A stretch of DNA of 64,000 nt from Candidatus Omnitrophota bacterium (GTDB taxonomy: Bacteria > Omnitrophota > Gorgyraeia > Gygaellales > JBFMHM01): the NCBI GenBank assembly GCA_040753015.1, contig JBFMHM010000001.1, positions 275,157 to 339,156 of the forward strand, read 5' to 3'. How positions within the stretch are numbered: position 1 is the stretch's first letter; each line of letters begins with the position of its first letter. The notes beneath the pieces were generated by a model. That model was not told the DNA's origin and searched no databases. It worked only from the letters and a program-made list of their open reading frames with translations. The position numbers were made by a program, and so were the translations under genes. Shown here one piece after another: positions 21,173 to 29,508 of the stretch.

Positions 21173-22891
21173 TTAAAATCTCTTAAGTGCTTGCAAATAA
21201 ACCGCTGATTTTGCACCGTCAGAAGAATCATCTCCTCCAACAGGATAACCAACATCTACTCTAAAAGTAAAATCATTGCCGAAATTAAGCCTTGTACCAA
21301 AACCTACGCCAGTAATCTCATCGTGCTTGCTTTCACCGGCCTGAGGATTCCTTAAAAATGTTTTGCCATAATCAACAAACCCAAGAAATTGAATTGTATC
21401 GCGATAAGTCCGCTTAAAAAGTGGAATATTTGCATCAGCAATAAAAGGAAGTGGAAAACGCCATTCAAAAGTAGCGCAATAGCCATAATCGCCTAAATGT
21501 TCTGACTCTGGAAAACCTCTTACCGTATCAGCACCACCTATTGAAAATTGCTCAGGAACGGTCAAAACTCTTGACGCTGTCTGCAAAGAACCTTTTATTA
21601 GAAAATTTGTACCAAAGAAAAATTGTTGAAAACGTGCAAAATCAATATTTCCTTTCACAAATTCACCGCCCGCGCCAACTCTGGAAGCCCTTGGGTCATC
21701 ACGTTTTTTTAAACCACCCATTATATTTGGCACGCCTCCAGAAACCATTAATGAATAATAATTTCTTCCTTGAAAACTATCAACAAAATCTCCAGATAAA
21801 GATGTCTTAAAAACACGCAGCTCATCATCGTTTGATACTGCTCCTAAGAGATAGTTTTTCATCTGTTTGTAATCAAACCCAAATTTAAAATCTGATGTTG
21901 CGGTAAGTGTTCTAATAAGTGGATGGCTAAGCTCTGTAGAATAAATCTTCGATTGGCCGCCGGCATCAAGTGCGCGAAATTCTCTTCGAACATTAAAATC
22001 AGACCAAGTATAATTAAAAGACAGACGGCTGCCAAAACTATCTATTGGCAAACTATAATCTGCATAAGCGAATTTTAAATTTCTCTCTGGTGACCCGCTA
22101 ACACCTCTTAAATATATTTTATCTCCCTGCAATACAGCATTGCTATATTCAAATGTTGCACCGGCTCTTTGGCGGGAAACATAACGTGAGCCGAAATTGT
22201 TATAATCAATGCCGAAATGTACAGGAAATTTATCTGAAATTTTTAGAATAAGGTCTGTAGTATACGGCTTTGCGCCTTTTTGAAGGATAGCTTTTACTTC
22301 TAAATCAGGGTAATCATCTAATACAAGCAGCGTCTTAAGCAAACGGTTATAGTGAATAACACCTTTATAAGTCGGGCGAAAATGATTAATTAGGAATTTT
22401 TTTTTATAAAACTCGTTTCCTTCAACTTTTATTTCACCCAGCCTGCCTTCAATAATTTCAATAATTATAATACCATCTTTGATATCTTGAACAGGTAAAT
22501 ATGCACGGGCTAAAAAATAACCGCGCCTTTTATAGGCATCATTAATTAAATTACATACACCTTTTAATTCCTGTAAACTAAGCTCTTTATTTGTATATTT
22601 TTTAGTTATCTTTTTAAGATAGCCAGTTTTAAAAATTGTGTTTTGGCGAAAATCAAAACTCTTAACAAAAATTTTTTTACCATCGGGAATAGCTAACTCT
22701 TCTTTTGGGATTTCTACCTCTATAGGAGAAGTAGCTGGTTCTTTTTTAAACTTTTTTTCTGCCCTGTCGAGGTCTTTCTCAACCTGCCCTGCTTTTGCAG
22801 CTCCGGGAACTGCCTGAGCAAAACAAATATTTGAACTAATTAAAAGAAAGAATAAAATATAATAAATTCTTTTTTTAAAAAATAAAAACAT
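21173..22891 (-). CDS. TpsB ShlB/FhaC/HecB family transporter
   Basis: POTRA-like GYFLARAYLPVQDI..IEGRLG; FSIGGADTVRGF; terminal F; adjacent to TpsA. Confidence 0.93.
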   Translation of the reverse strand: MFLFFKKRIYYILFFLLISSNICFAQAVPGAAKAGQVEKDLDRAEKKFKKEPATSPIEVEIPKEELAIPDGKKIFVKSFDFRQNTIFKTGYLKKITKKYTNKELSLQELKGVCNLINDAYKRRGYFLARAYLPVQDIKDGIIIIEIIEGRLGEIKVEGNEFYKKKFLINHFRPTYKGVIHYNRLLKTLLVLDDYPDLEVKAILQKGAKPYTTDLILKISDKFPVHFGIDYNNFGSRYVSRQRAGATFEYSNAVLQGDKIYLRGVSGSPERNLKFAYADYSLPIDSFGSRLSFNYTWSDFNVRREFRALDAGGQSKIYSTELSHPLIRTLTATSDFKFGFDYKQMKNYLLGAVSNDDELRVFKTSLSGDFVDSFQGRNYYSLMVSGGVPNIMGGLKKRDDPRASRVGAGGEFVKGNIDFARFQQFFFGTNFLIKGSLQTASRVLTVPEQFSIGGADTVRGFPESEHLGDYGYCATFEWRFPLPFIADANIPLFKRTYRDTIQFLGFVDYGKTFLRNPQAGESKHDEITGVGFGTRLNFGNDFTFRVDVGYPVGGDDSSDGAKSAVYLQALKRF

Positions 22892-22927
22892 TTTTACCTC
22901 ATTTTTTAAAAAACAATTAATAATTAT

Positions 22928-23209
22928 TTATTGTTTTTCGGTGTTAACGGTAATTTCTTTCGGAGCATTCTGCATCAGAGACTTACTTCTTTGTGCCGAG
23001 ACAAATGCCAACAAAAGGCATGTAATAAGAAATAATGACGCAAGAATAGTTGTTGTCTTAGTTAAAAAAGAGCTTGTCTTCGTCCCAAATATAGATTCAA
23101 CTCCAGATAAATTTTCAACTAACCCCCCGCCTCTGCCTGCCTGAATAAGAATTATCGCGATCAGTAAAACACAAGCTATTAAATGAAAAAAAATCAAAAC
23201 TCCATACAT
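22928..23209 (-). CDS. secG: Preprotein translocase subunit SecG
   Basis: ILIQAGRGGGL, FLTKTT; follows tpiA. Confidence 0.93.
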   Translation of the reverse strand: MYGVLIFFHLIACVLLIAIILIQAGRGGGLVENLSGVESIFGTKTSSFLTKTTTILASLFLITCLLLAFVSAQRSKSLMQNAPKEITVNTEKQ

Positions 23210-23211
23210 TT

Positions 23212-23976
23212 CTACTGCACTCCTTTAGAATTATTAACTATTTCAATAAAATTTTTTGCATCAAGGCTTGCCCCTCCAACAAGCGCACCATCAATATCGG
23301 GCTGACTAATCAATTCTTTTATATTTGCTGGTTTTACTGAACCGCCATATTGAATTCTTATAATTTGAGCAGTCGTATCACCAAAATTCTTCACTAACAG
23401 CTCCCTAATAAATTTATGCACCTCTTGTGCCTGGGCACTGGTTGCAGTTTTTCCTGTCCCAATTGCCCATACTGGTTCATAAGCAATAACTAAATTTTGA
23501 ACATCCTCTTTAGTTAAATCTTTTAAACCACCTTCAACCTGTGTGCGTATTATATCTAAAGTTAGATTTTTCTCTCTTTGATTTAGATTCTCACCAACGC
23601 AAAAAATTGGAGTTAAACCAATTTTCAATGCTGCTTTAATTTTCTTATTAATTGTTTCGTCAGACTCACCAAAAAATTGCCTTCGCTCAGAATGGCCTAT
23701 GATTACATTTTCTACACCAAGCTCCTTTAACATTTGCCCTGAAATTTCGCCAGTATAAGCGCCTGAAATTTCCCAATGCATATTTTGAGCGCCAAGCTTA
23801 ATATTAGACGAATTAAGCATATCGGCAATTGTTTCCAACGCAGTAAAAGGCGGGCATACTACAATCTCAACATTATCAATTTCATAAAGCGAACGATTTA
23901 ATTCATTAACTAACTCGACCGCCTCTTTGACAGTTTTATTCATCTTCCAATTTCCAGCAATAATCACCTTACGCAT
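23212..23976 (-). CDS. tpiA: Triosephosphate isomerase
   Basis: AGNWKMN, GHSERR, AYEPVWAIGTG, YGGSV, LVGGASL. Confidence 0.99.
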   Translation of the reverse strand: MRKVIIAGNWKMNKTVKEAVELVNELNRSLYEIDNVEIVVCPPFTALETIADMLNSSNIKLGAQNMHWEISGAYTGEISGQMLKELGVENVIIGHSERRQFFGESDETINKKIKAALKIGLTPIFCVGENLNQREKNLTLDIIRTQVEGGLKDLTKEDVQNLVIAYEPVWAIGTGKTATSAQAQEVHKFIRELLVKNFGDTTAQIIRIQYGGSVKPANIKELISQPDIDGALVGGASLDAKNFIEIVNNSKGVQ

Positions 23977-23980
23977 AATT

Positions 23981-24015
23981 CGTTCTCCAGTTCTTCAGTT
24001 CTTCGGTTCTCCAGC
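23981..24015. repeat. Downstream arm: tandem 8-mers GTTCT(C/T)C(A/G)
   Basis: gttctcca gttcttca gttcttcg gttctcca; imperfect inverted complement of 24376-24411. Confidence 0.85.
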
Positions 24016-24375
24016 TATTTGAATATTAGAATTTCTGATTAAACCATTAATTAGCTTTGCCGTCTTATTACTTTGCTCATAAACATTATCAAACTCAATC
24101 CTAGATAACATATCACAATCTAAAACTACATATAAATGACTTTGAAGTTCTGAAATAGAACCTTTCGCCATTGTAAAAAACTGTTTGCTATCCTTAAAAG
24201 AATATCGTCCGAATCCTTCGCTTATGTTTGCCATAATAGAAACTGCGGCCCTTTGAATTTGATTTGCTAAACCAAAATCTTTAAAATCATTTTTTTTAGT
24301 AATATTATATATCATTTTAACTAATTTTCTTGCTTCCTGCCATGCAATCAAATCTTCAAATTTTTGAATTTTCAT
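23995..24375 (-). CDS. Four helix bundle protein (23S rRNA IVS-protein family)
   Basis: FEDLIAWQEA, QIQRAAVSIMANISEG, AKGSISELQSHL. Confidence 0.92.
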   Translation of the reverse strand: MKIQKFEDLIAWQEARKLVKMIYNITKKNDFKDFGLANQIQRAAVSIMANISEGFGRYSFKDSKQFFTMAKGSISELQSHLYVVLDCDMLSRIEFDNVYEQSNKTAKLINGLIRNSNIQIAGEPKN

Positions 24376-24411
24376 AACTGACGAACTGGCGAACTGGCGA
24401 ACTCAAGAACG
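24376..24411. repeat. Upstream arm: tandem 8-mers AACTGGCG
   Basis: aactgacg aactggcg aactggcg aactcaag aacg; overlaps pgk stop. Confidence 0.85.
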
Positions 24412-25587
24412 CTTTTCTGTTAATGCTTCCACTCCGGGGAGTTTTTTGCCTTCTAAAAACTCTAAGCTTGCTCCTCCGCCAGTTGAAATATGCGTCATTT
24501 TATCAGCTAATCCGAATTTGAGAATCGCTGCAGCCGTATCTCCACCGCCAATAATTGTTGTTGCACCTGTTTTTGAAATAAACTCTGCGATTTCCTTTGA
24601 GCCTTTCGCAAATTGTTCTATTTCAAATAACCCAAGAGGCCCATTCCAAACAATTGTTGCAGCATTTTTTAAAACAGCTTCGAAATTTTTTACTGTCTTT
24701 GGCCCAATGTCTAAGGCAATATCATCGTCACCAATTTTTTCAACTGTTCTTGCAATAGCTGCTGCGTCAACCTTATCGCTAACAATGTGATCAACTGGTA
24801 AGTGAATATTTACATTAACTTTCTTTGCGTCCTCTAATATTTTTTTGGCAATATCTACCTTATCAGCTTCAAGTTTTGATTTCCCAATATTTTGGCCTAG
24901 CGACTTTAAAAATGTGTAGCTCATCCCTCCGCCAATAATAATATCTGAGGCTTTATTTAAGAGATTGCCAATAATTGCAATTTTATCACTTACTTTTGCG
25001 CCACCTAAAATTACCATAAATGGTTTTTTAGGATTAGTTACTACGCTTCCTAAATATTTAATTTCTTTACCTAAAAGAAACCCCGCAACTGAAGGCAAAT
25101 AATGCGTTACGCCTTCGGTTGAAGCATGCGCACGATGAGCTGTTCCAAAAGCATCATTAACAAATATATCTGCCAGCGAAGCTAACTGCTTTGCAAATTC
25201 AGGATTATTCTCCTCTTCTTCAGCGTGAAACCGTAAATTTTCTAAAAGAATCACGCGCTCTTTCGAATTATTGATCTCTTTTTTAATTTCCTCGCCAATG
25301 CAATCTTTGAGCTGTAAGACTGGTTCTTTTAAAATTTCACTTAGCCTTTTTGAAACAGGCACTAAACGCGCTTTTTCTAAAACCTTCCCGTCTGGCCTGC
25401 CTAAGTGGCTCATTAAAATTATTTTTTTTGCTTTGCTCTCTTCAATATATTTTATCGTTGGAATTGACGCCTGAATTCTTGTATCATCCGTAATATTCAA
25501 ATTCGCATCCAGCGGTACATTAAAATCACATCTAACTAAGACTTTTTTTTCTTTTAAATCAATATCCCTAATTGTTAACTTATCCAT
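24403..25587 (-). CDS. pgk: Phosphoglycerate kinase
   Basis: DFNVPL, SHLGRP, LLENLRF, NDAFGTAHRAHAS, STGGGASLE. Confidence 0.99.
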   Translation of the reverse strand: MDKLTIRDIDLKEKKVLVRCDFNVPLDANLNITDDTRIQASIPTIKYIEESKAKKIILMSHLGRPDGKVLEKARLVPVSKRLSEILKEPVLQLKDCIGEEIKKEINNSKERVILLENLRFHAEEEENNPEFAKQLASLADIFVNDAFGTAHRAHASTEGVTHYLPSVAGFLLGKEIKYLGSVVTNPKKPFMVILGGAKVSDKIAIIGNLLNKASDIIIGGGMSYTFLKSLGQNIGKSKLEADKVDIAKKILEDAKKVNVNIHLPVDHIVSDKVDAAAIARTVEKIGDDDIALDIGPKTVKNFEAVLKNAATIVWNGPLGLFEIEQFAKGSKEIAEFISKTGATTIIGGGDTAAAILKFGLADKMTHISTGGGASLEFLEGKKLPGVEALTEKRS

Positions 25588-25627
25588 TAACTATCTGCTC
25601 CTTGTATTATTTTTTATACTTAAACTG
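25588..25627. repeat. 40-bp direct repeat, copy 1 (contains pgk SD)
   Basis: taactatctgctccttgtattattttttatacttaaactg, identical to 27187-27226. Confidence 0.95.
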
Positions 25628-25628
25628 T

Positions 25629-25949
25629 TTATATTACTTCCGGTTTTGTTAAACGTTGTTCGTGATTATCAATAACGGTAGAGAGTTTTTTATAGGTTTC
25701 TTCTTGTTTAATCTTTACGCCATTTACTTGATGACTGATATCCATCACAGCCATTTTAACGCTATTAAGCTCAGATTCAATTCTAAGAAAACTTTTATCG
25801 TGTTCTTCTAATTTTCTAATAATAGAACTATGTTGTTCGCCAATCAATTTAATACCTTTATTCATTTCTTCCAGCAACACATTTGTTTCACGTTGAGAGT
25901 CATATTCAACAGAAGGTTTTTCAAGCTTGGTATTTTTTTTATTTTTCAT
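25629..25949 (-). CDS. Small coiled-coil hypothetical protein
   Basis: ORF 25629-25964; SD GGAGG favours ATG 25949; heptad-like composition. Confidence 0.7.
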   Translation of the reverse strand: MKNKKNTKLEKPSVEYDSQRETNVLLEEMNKGIKLIGEQHSSIIRKLEEHDKSFLRIESELNSVKMAVMDISHQVNGVKIKQEETYKKLSTVIDNHEQRLTKPEVI

Positions 25950-26146
25950 TACTTCCTCCGACAAATTAAATCACAATTTAATACAAATATATCAAAACAT
26001 AATTTTAGCTTTTTCATCAGCTTTTCCTTTGGCACAAAACGGAGAAACATTTAGTTACTCATAATTATAACATAAGAATTAAATCATAGTTGAAAATTTT
26101 ATCCGCATCAATCATTTTCTTCTTATTTTCTCAATAAACTTCCCTA

Positions 26147-26367
26147 TTACACTTTTACGGCCAAATCATTCTCTAAATATCCCTCCAATCTATACCTGTC
26201 TCTTTCATTTAAATGTTTGTATTTACTTTTTCTAGTGCTACAATTTAACTGCTCCATATGCTCTCCTGTTTTTTGTTGGTTTGCTTACTTACAAAATAAC
26301 AGGTTTTGTAATGCGCAAATGAAGGAAGCATGAAAGGAATGATATGTGAAGTTTGGGTTGCATTACG
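26147..26367 (-). mobile_element. IS30-family remnant (left end + 36-codon transposase N-terminus, 26257-26147)
   Basis: MEQLNCSTRKSKYKHLNERDRYRLEGYL resembles the IS30 N-terminal HTH; truncated; candidate terminal IR near 26346-26367. Confidence 0.65.
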
Positions 26368-26422
26368 AGGGCCTCCTATTCGGCACACAGGGCGTCATAA
26401 AAGTTCGTTAACCTTAATTTAT

Positions 26423-26587
26423 CTAATTCGGTAATTTTTTAAGTTTTATATGGTATTTGTTAATGGCTGCTTGGGCTTCTTCATGGATTTTTAATATAAA
26501 CTCTCGCGATGATAAATTTTTAGTTTCTTCGTAATGTTTTTCTCTAATTTCATGAATTTCCTGCATTGGTTTTGGTTCTTTGTGCAT
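26423..26587 (-). CDS. 54-aa putative antitoxin partner of the PIN gene
   Basis: MHKEPKPMQEIHEIREKHYEETKNLS...; TAATG coupling to the PIN stop with GAGGAGG SD. Confidence 0.7.
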   Translation of the reverse strand: MHKEPKPMQEIHEIREKHYEETKNLSSREFILKIHEEAQAAINKYHIKLKKLPN

Positions 26588-27057
26588 TAAATTACCTCCT
26601 CAGGTGAAACAACTTCGATAGGTTTGTATCCCAAAAGATTATTAACAGCAACAACTCCTATCTTTGTTTTTAGCTTTACCATATGTTGAAAATTCCAACT
26701 AACCACAACATCTAAATTATTTACAGACGCAATAGCTATGTGCAATGCATCGTCGCTATATTTAACGGGGAAAAGCTTTTCATCAACATATTTATCAGCA
26801 AGTTCCTTTGTTTGATCGTCAATAGGCAAAGCTTTGAGATTTAACTTACTAACTAAACTATGCAACAATTCAGCTTTTTCTTTTGGAGCACGATTAATTT
26901 CTGCAATAACTAATTCGGAAATATAACAATCAAATTTCTCTTGTTTTATCTGCTCAAGCAAATTTAAAGTTGCTGTTTTATGCACAGTTAATGATGGATC
27001 ATTAGTTAATGCAAAATTTAATACCGATGTATCTAAATACAGTTTAAATTTTTTCAT
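26587..27057 (-). CDS. PIN domain protein (VapC-like)
   Basis: YLDTSV, SELVIAEI, DALHIAIA, VSWNFQH. Confidence 0.92.
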   Translation of the reverse strand: MKKFKLYLDTSVLNFALTNDPSLTVHKTATLNLLEQIKQEKFDCYISELVIAEINRAPKEKAELLHSLVSKLNLKALPIDDQTKELADKYVDEKLFPVKYSDDALHIAIASVNNLDVVVSWNFQHMVKLKTKIGVVAVNNLLGYKPIEVVSPEEVI

Positions 27058-27186
27058 TAAAAATAATTATAACATAAAATAAAAAATAATGGGTAAAAAT
27101 TTTATGAAAAGCGAAAGTTAGAGATCATTTAATTTAAACATAACTCCTTGCAATAAAATAAGTTACGCAGAAACGACACCGGTTAC

Positions 27187-27226
27187 TAACTATCTGCTCC
27201 TTGTATTATTTTTTATACTTAAACTG
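27187..27226. repeat. 40-bp direct repeat, copy 2
   Basis: Identical to 25588-25627; includes stop codon of upstream gene. Confidence 0.95.
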
Positions 27227-27794
27227 CTGATTGCACCGCGAAAAGCGCAACCCCTTGATTATTATTTTCGTTCAACTCTGAAATTACATCACTAGAATCA
27301 ATCATTACAGCAATATCATATTGGCCAGGAGGCAAACGGTCGGTTTCACCAAGAAAGAAATAAAATTCGTAAGCAAAACTTTGGCCTGGCCTTATCGGAT
27401 TCGCTGGAATATGGTTAGCATTAAATTCTCTTGCCGGAAACCCTGGTAAGCTCGCTCGTATTATATACGCACTTGCCACAGGCGCATTACCTCTATTGAC
27501 AACCCTAACTCCAAGTGGAAAACCTGCCATTCTATCCGTAACATTGCCTCTAACCCACGCTGATTCTACAGCTAGATCTGCTCTTAGATTTTGTTCTACG
27601 GATTGAACTGAAACTTGCTGTACCCTTCTTGGGTCTATAACTAACTTCTTATTCTGTTGTTTAGACATGTCCCTTAGTTGCTCTTTGGATCCAGCAAATA
27701 AGTTAATTGCAAAACAAATACTTATAACCACCGAAAACAACACTATCCTTTTATATATCGACATCTTTTCCTCCTTTATTTTTAATCTGCACAA
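27219..27794 (-). CDS. Secreted CARDB-like domain protein (start probably at MSIYKR)
   Basis: ADLAVES..VRVVNRGN..IDSSDVISELNENNN; signal peptide. Confidence 0.75.
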   Translation of the reverse strand: MCRLKIKEEKMSIYKRIVLFSVVISICFAINLFAGSKEQLRDMSKQQNKKLVIDPRRVQQVSVQSVEQNLRADLAVESAWVRGNVTDRMAGFPLGVRVVNRGNAPVASAYIIRASLPGFPAREFNANHIPANPIRPGQSFAYEFYFFLGETDRLPPGQYDIAVMIDSSDVISELNENNNQGVALFAVQSAV

Positions 27795-28921
27795 AGATCT
27801 GTATCTCCTATCGCAGGATTTACTACGTATTCAAAGGTAAACCTAGTACCGGCCACAGAACTAATAATTCTAATTTTAGCATATCTTCCTCCGTTTGTTT
27901 TAAAAACAAATCTGGAATCATCTGCGGGCAGAGCACCATCAGCAGTAGCAGTAATTGTGTATTGGCCTGCATTACAAATTGAAGCATATGCATCGGCTAC
28001 GGGAGCAGCTGTAATTCTTGCTGCACCAACCGTTGTAGGCGCACCTAACACGCCAAAATAAAAATCTCCTTGGCTAGTAGTATTATACTTAATAGTTTGC
28101 GTATCAAAATCGAACGAATCTGTATTAGCAGTATAACGCAAAGTTATTGTTCCCGAAACAAGATTTACTGTGCCGGGCTTCGCTTCTGAAGATACGGTAA
28201 ACGGAACAGTAACTGTCTCTGCATTATATACATCGCCGCTGGCTATGGTTACCTCATTATTTAAGTTAGGCAGAAAGACAATAAGCTCGCCTCTAACACT
28301 GCAGATTTTATTATCCTTGGAGAAACAGATAATAATTTTATCGCGCCGGCTTCTCCATTGGGTTTGGCCAAGGAAGATAATGTTTTCTACATCAACACTT
28401 AGGCAGTCGCCTACTTTTCTGCAAGGAGGGATTAGGTTTATTGTCCTATTATTGGACATTCTAAAGGCATCTTCTAGGTATCTTGCAAATTCGGCTTTAC
28501 TATAGTTTGTTTGCCCAAATGTATAGCTGAATTCTTCACAAAGCATATCTAGAGCCCTGGGGTTTCCTTGTGAGATTAATTGAAGGAATTTATTTATGAT
28601 TTCGCATCTATCGGTTTGTTCATCTATTCCTTCCATAACTAGAGGCTGCCTGCTTTCTTCAAGACGGGCTTGGCTAACCCAGGAACTATCTGCTTCTTCT
28701 AATTTATCGGCCTTGGTTCTTATGATATCACCACTTTCTTTGATGTTTACACCTTCCCCAGAAGTTACAACCTTTTCTTTTCCATAGGCCTCTTTATCTT
28801 TTATTGCTTGTACTCCAACCATACCCTTATAAACACTTACTTTGGTTTCATAGGCAGAGAAACAAACAGTAGTGAGAAACAAGAAAAACAATATAAAATT
28901 AAACAGAAGTTTTGGTTTCAT
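27782..28921 (-). CDS. Secreted multidomain hypothetical protein
   Basis: Signal peptide; FecR-like segment TKVSVYKGMVGV; C-terminal FKTNGGRYAKIRI resembles HmuY-like folds (by eye). Confidence 0.6.
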   Translation of the reverse strand: MKPKLLFNFILFFLFLTTVCFSAYETKVSVYKGMVGVQAIKDKEAYGKEKVVTSGEGVNIKESGDIIRTKADKLEEADSSWVSQARLEESRQPLVMEGIDEQTDRCEIINKFLQLISQGNPRALDMLCEEFSYTFGQTNYSKAEFARYLEDAFRMSNNRTINLIPPCRKVGDCLSVDVENIIFLGQTQWRSRRDKIIICFSKDNKICSVRGELIVFLPNLNNEVTIASGDVYNAETVTVPFTVSSEAKPGTVNLVSGTITLRYTANTDSFDFDTQTIKYNTTSQGDFYFGVLGAPTTVGAARITAAPVADAYASICNAGQYTITATADGALPADDSRFVFKTNGGRYAKIRIISSVAGTRFTFEYVVNPAIGDTDLCAD

Positions 28922-29508
28922 TGAAATCGCCCCTCTTTCAACCGTAAGGGTACAGTTATTTGCTGGCCGTCAAGAGTGCCGCTGTATAACGTAATAATTC
29001 CGTCATAATTGGCTAAGCCAAAAATTAAATCTCCGGTAATCTCTTTAAGCCTTAAAACATAGCCAAAATCTTTTCCTGTATCGGCCTTAATAAATACAAG
29101 GTTTGTTGTCCCGCGCGAGAGCCACATCTGTGCAGTTGCAGAAATAACTACAGACCTATTCCATTCAACAACAAGCGTAATTTCAGAATTATCATCAGAA
29201 ACAATCTGTTCTTTTACTCCTGTAATATACAAATTAATATTTTGAAAATTTCTAAAATCATACTTTAAAGCTGCAGCTAAATCTGCCAAACTATACCCGC
29301 GGGAATCAGAAAAATTTATATCAATGTTTGCAATAAAATTATCTAAGTCTTCTTTTGAATAATAATCAATCAAGCTGCTTAAGGTATTCTTTGCCTCAGT
29401 TCCAAGGGTTAAATTTTTACCTGCGGCAAAACATGTCATCATATACAATGACGGAACCACACCGACAAATAATAAAATTATCAATATCAATAATATTCTT
29501 TTCATCAA
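28918..29508 (-). CDS. Exported hypothetical protein (NTF2-like pattern)
   Basis: N-terminal hydrophobic segment; YSKEDLDNFIANIDINF; ATGA coupling. Confidence 0.6.
   Translation of the reverse strand: MMKRILLILIILLFVGVVPSLYMMTCFAAGKNLTLGTEAKNTLSSLIDYYSKEDLDNFIANIDINFSDSRGYSLADLAAALKYDFRNFQNINLYITGVKEQIVSDDNSEITLVVEWNRSVVISATAQMWLSRGTTNLVFIKADTGKDFGYVLRLKEITGDLIFGLANYDGIITLYSGTLDGQQITVPLRLKEGRFQ

Noticed and set aside
15636-21176. Long plus-strand ORFs opposite TpsA and other genes
   Set aside because: Antisense shadows of the coding frame with no recognisable motifs.
14949-22891. Contact-dependent inhibition locus
   Set aside because: No VENN/pre-toxin or toxin tip is visible, and the downstream gene looks like a periplasmic Spy/CpxP-like protein rather than an immunity protein.
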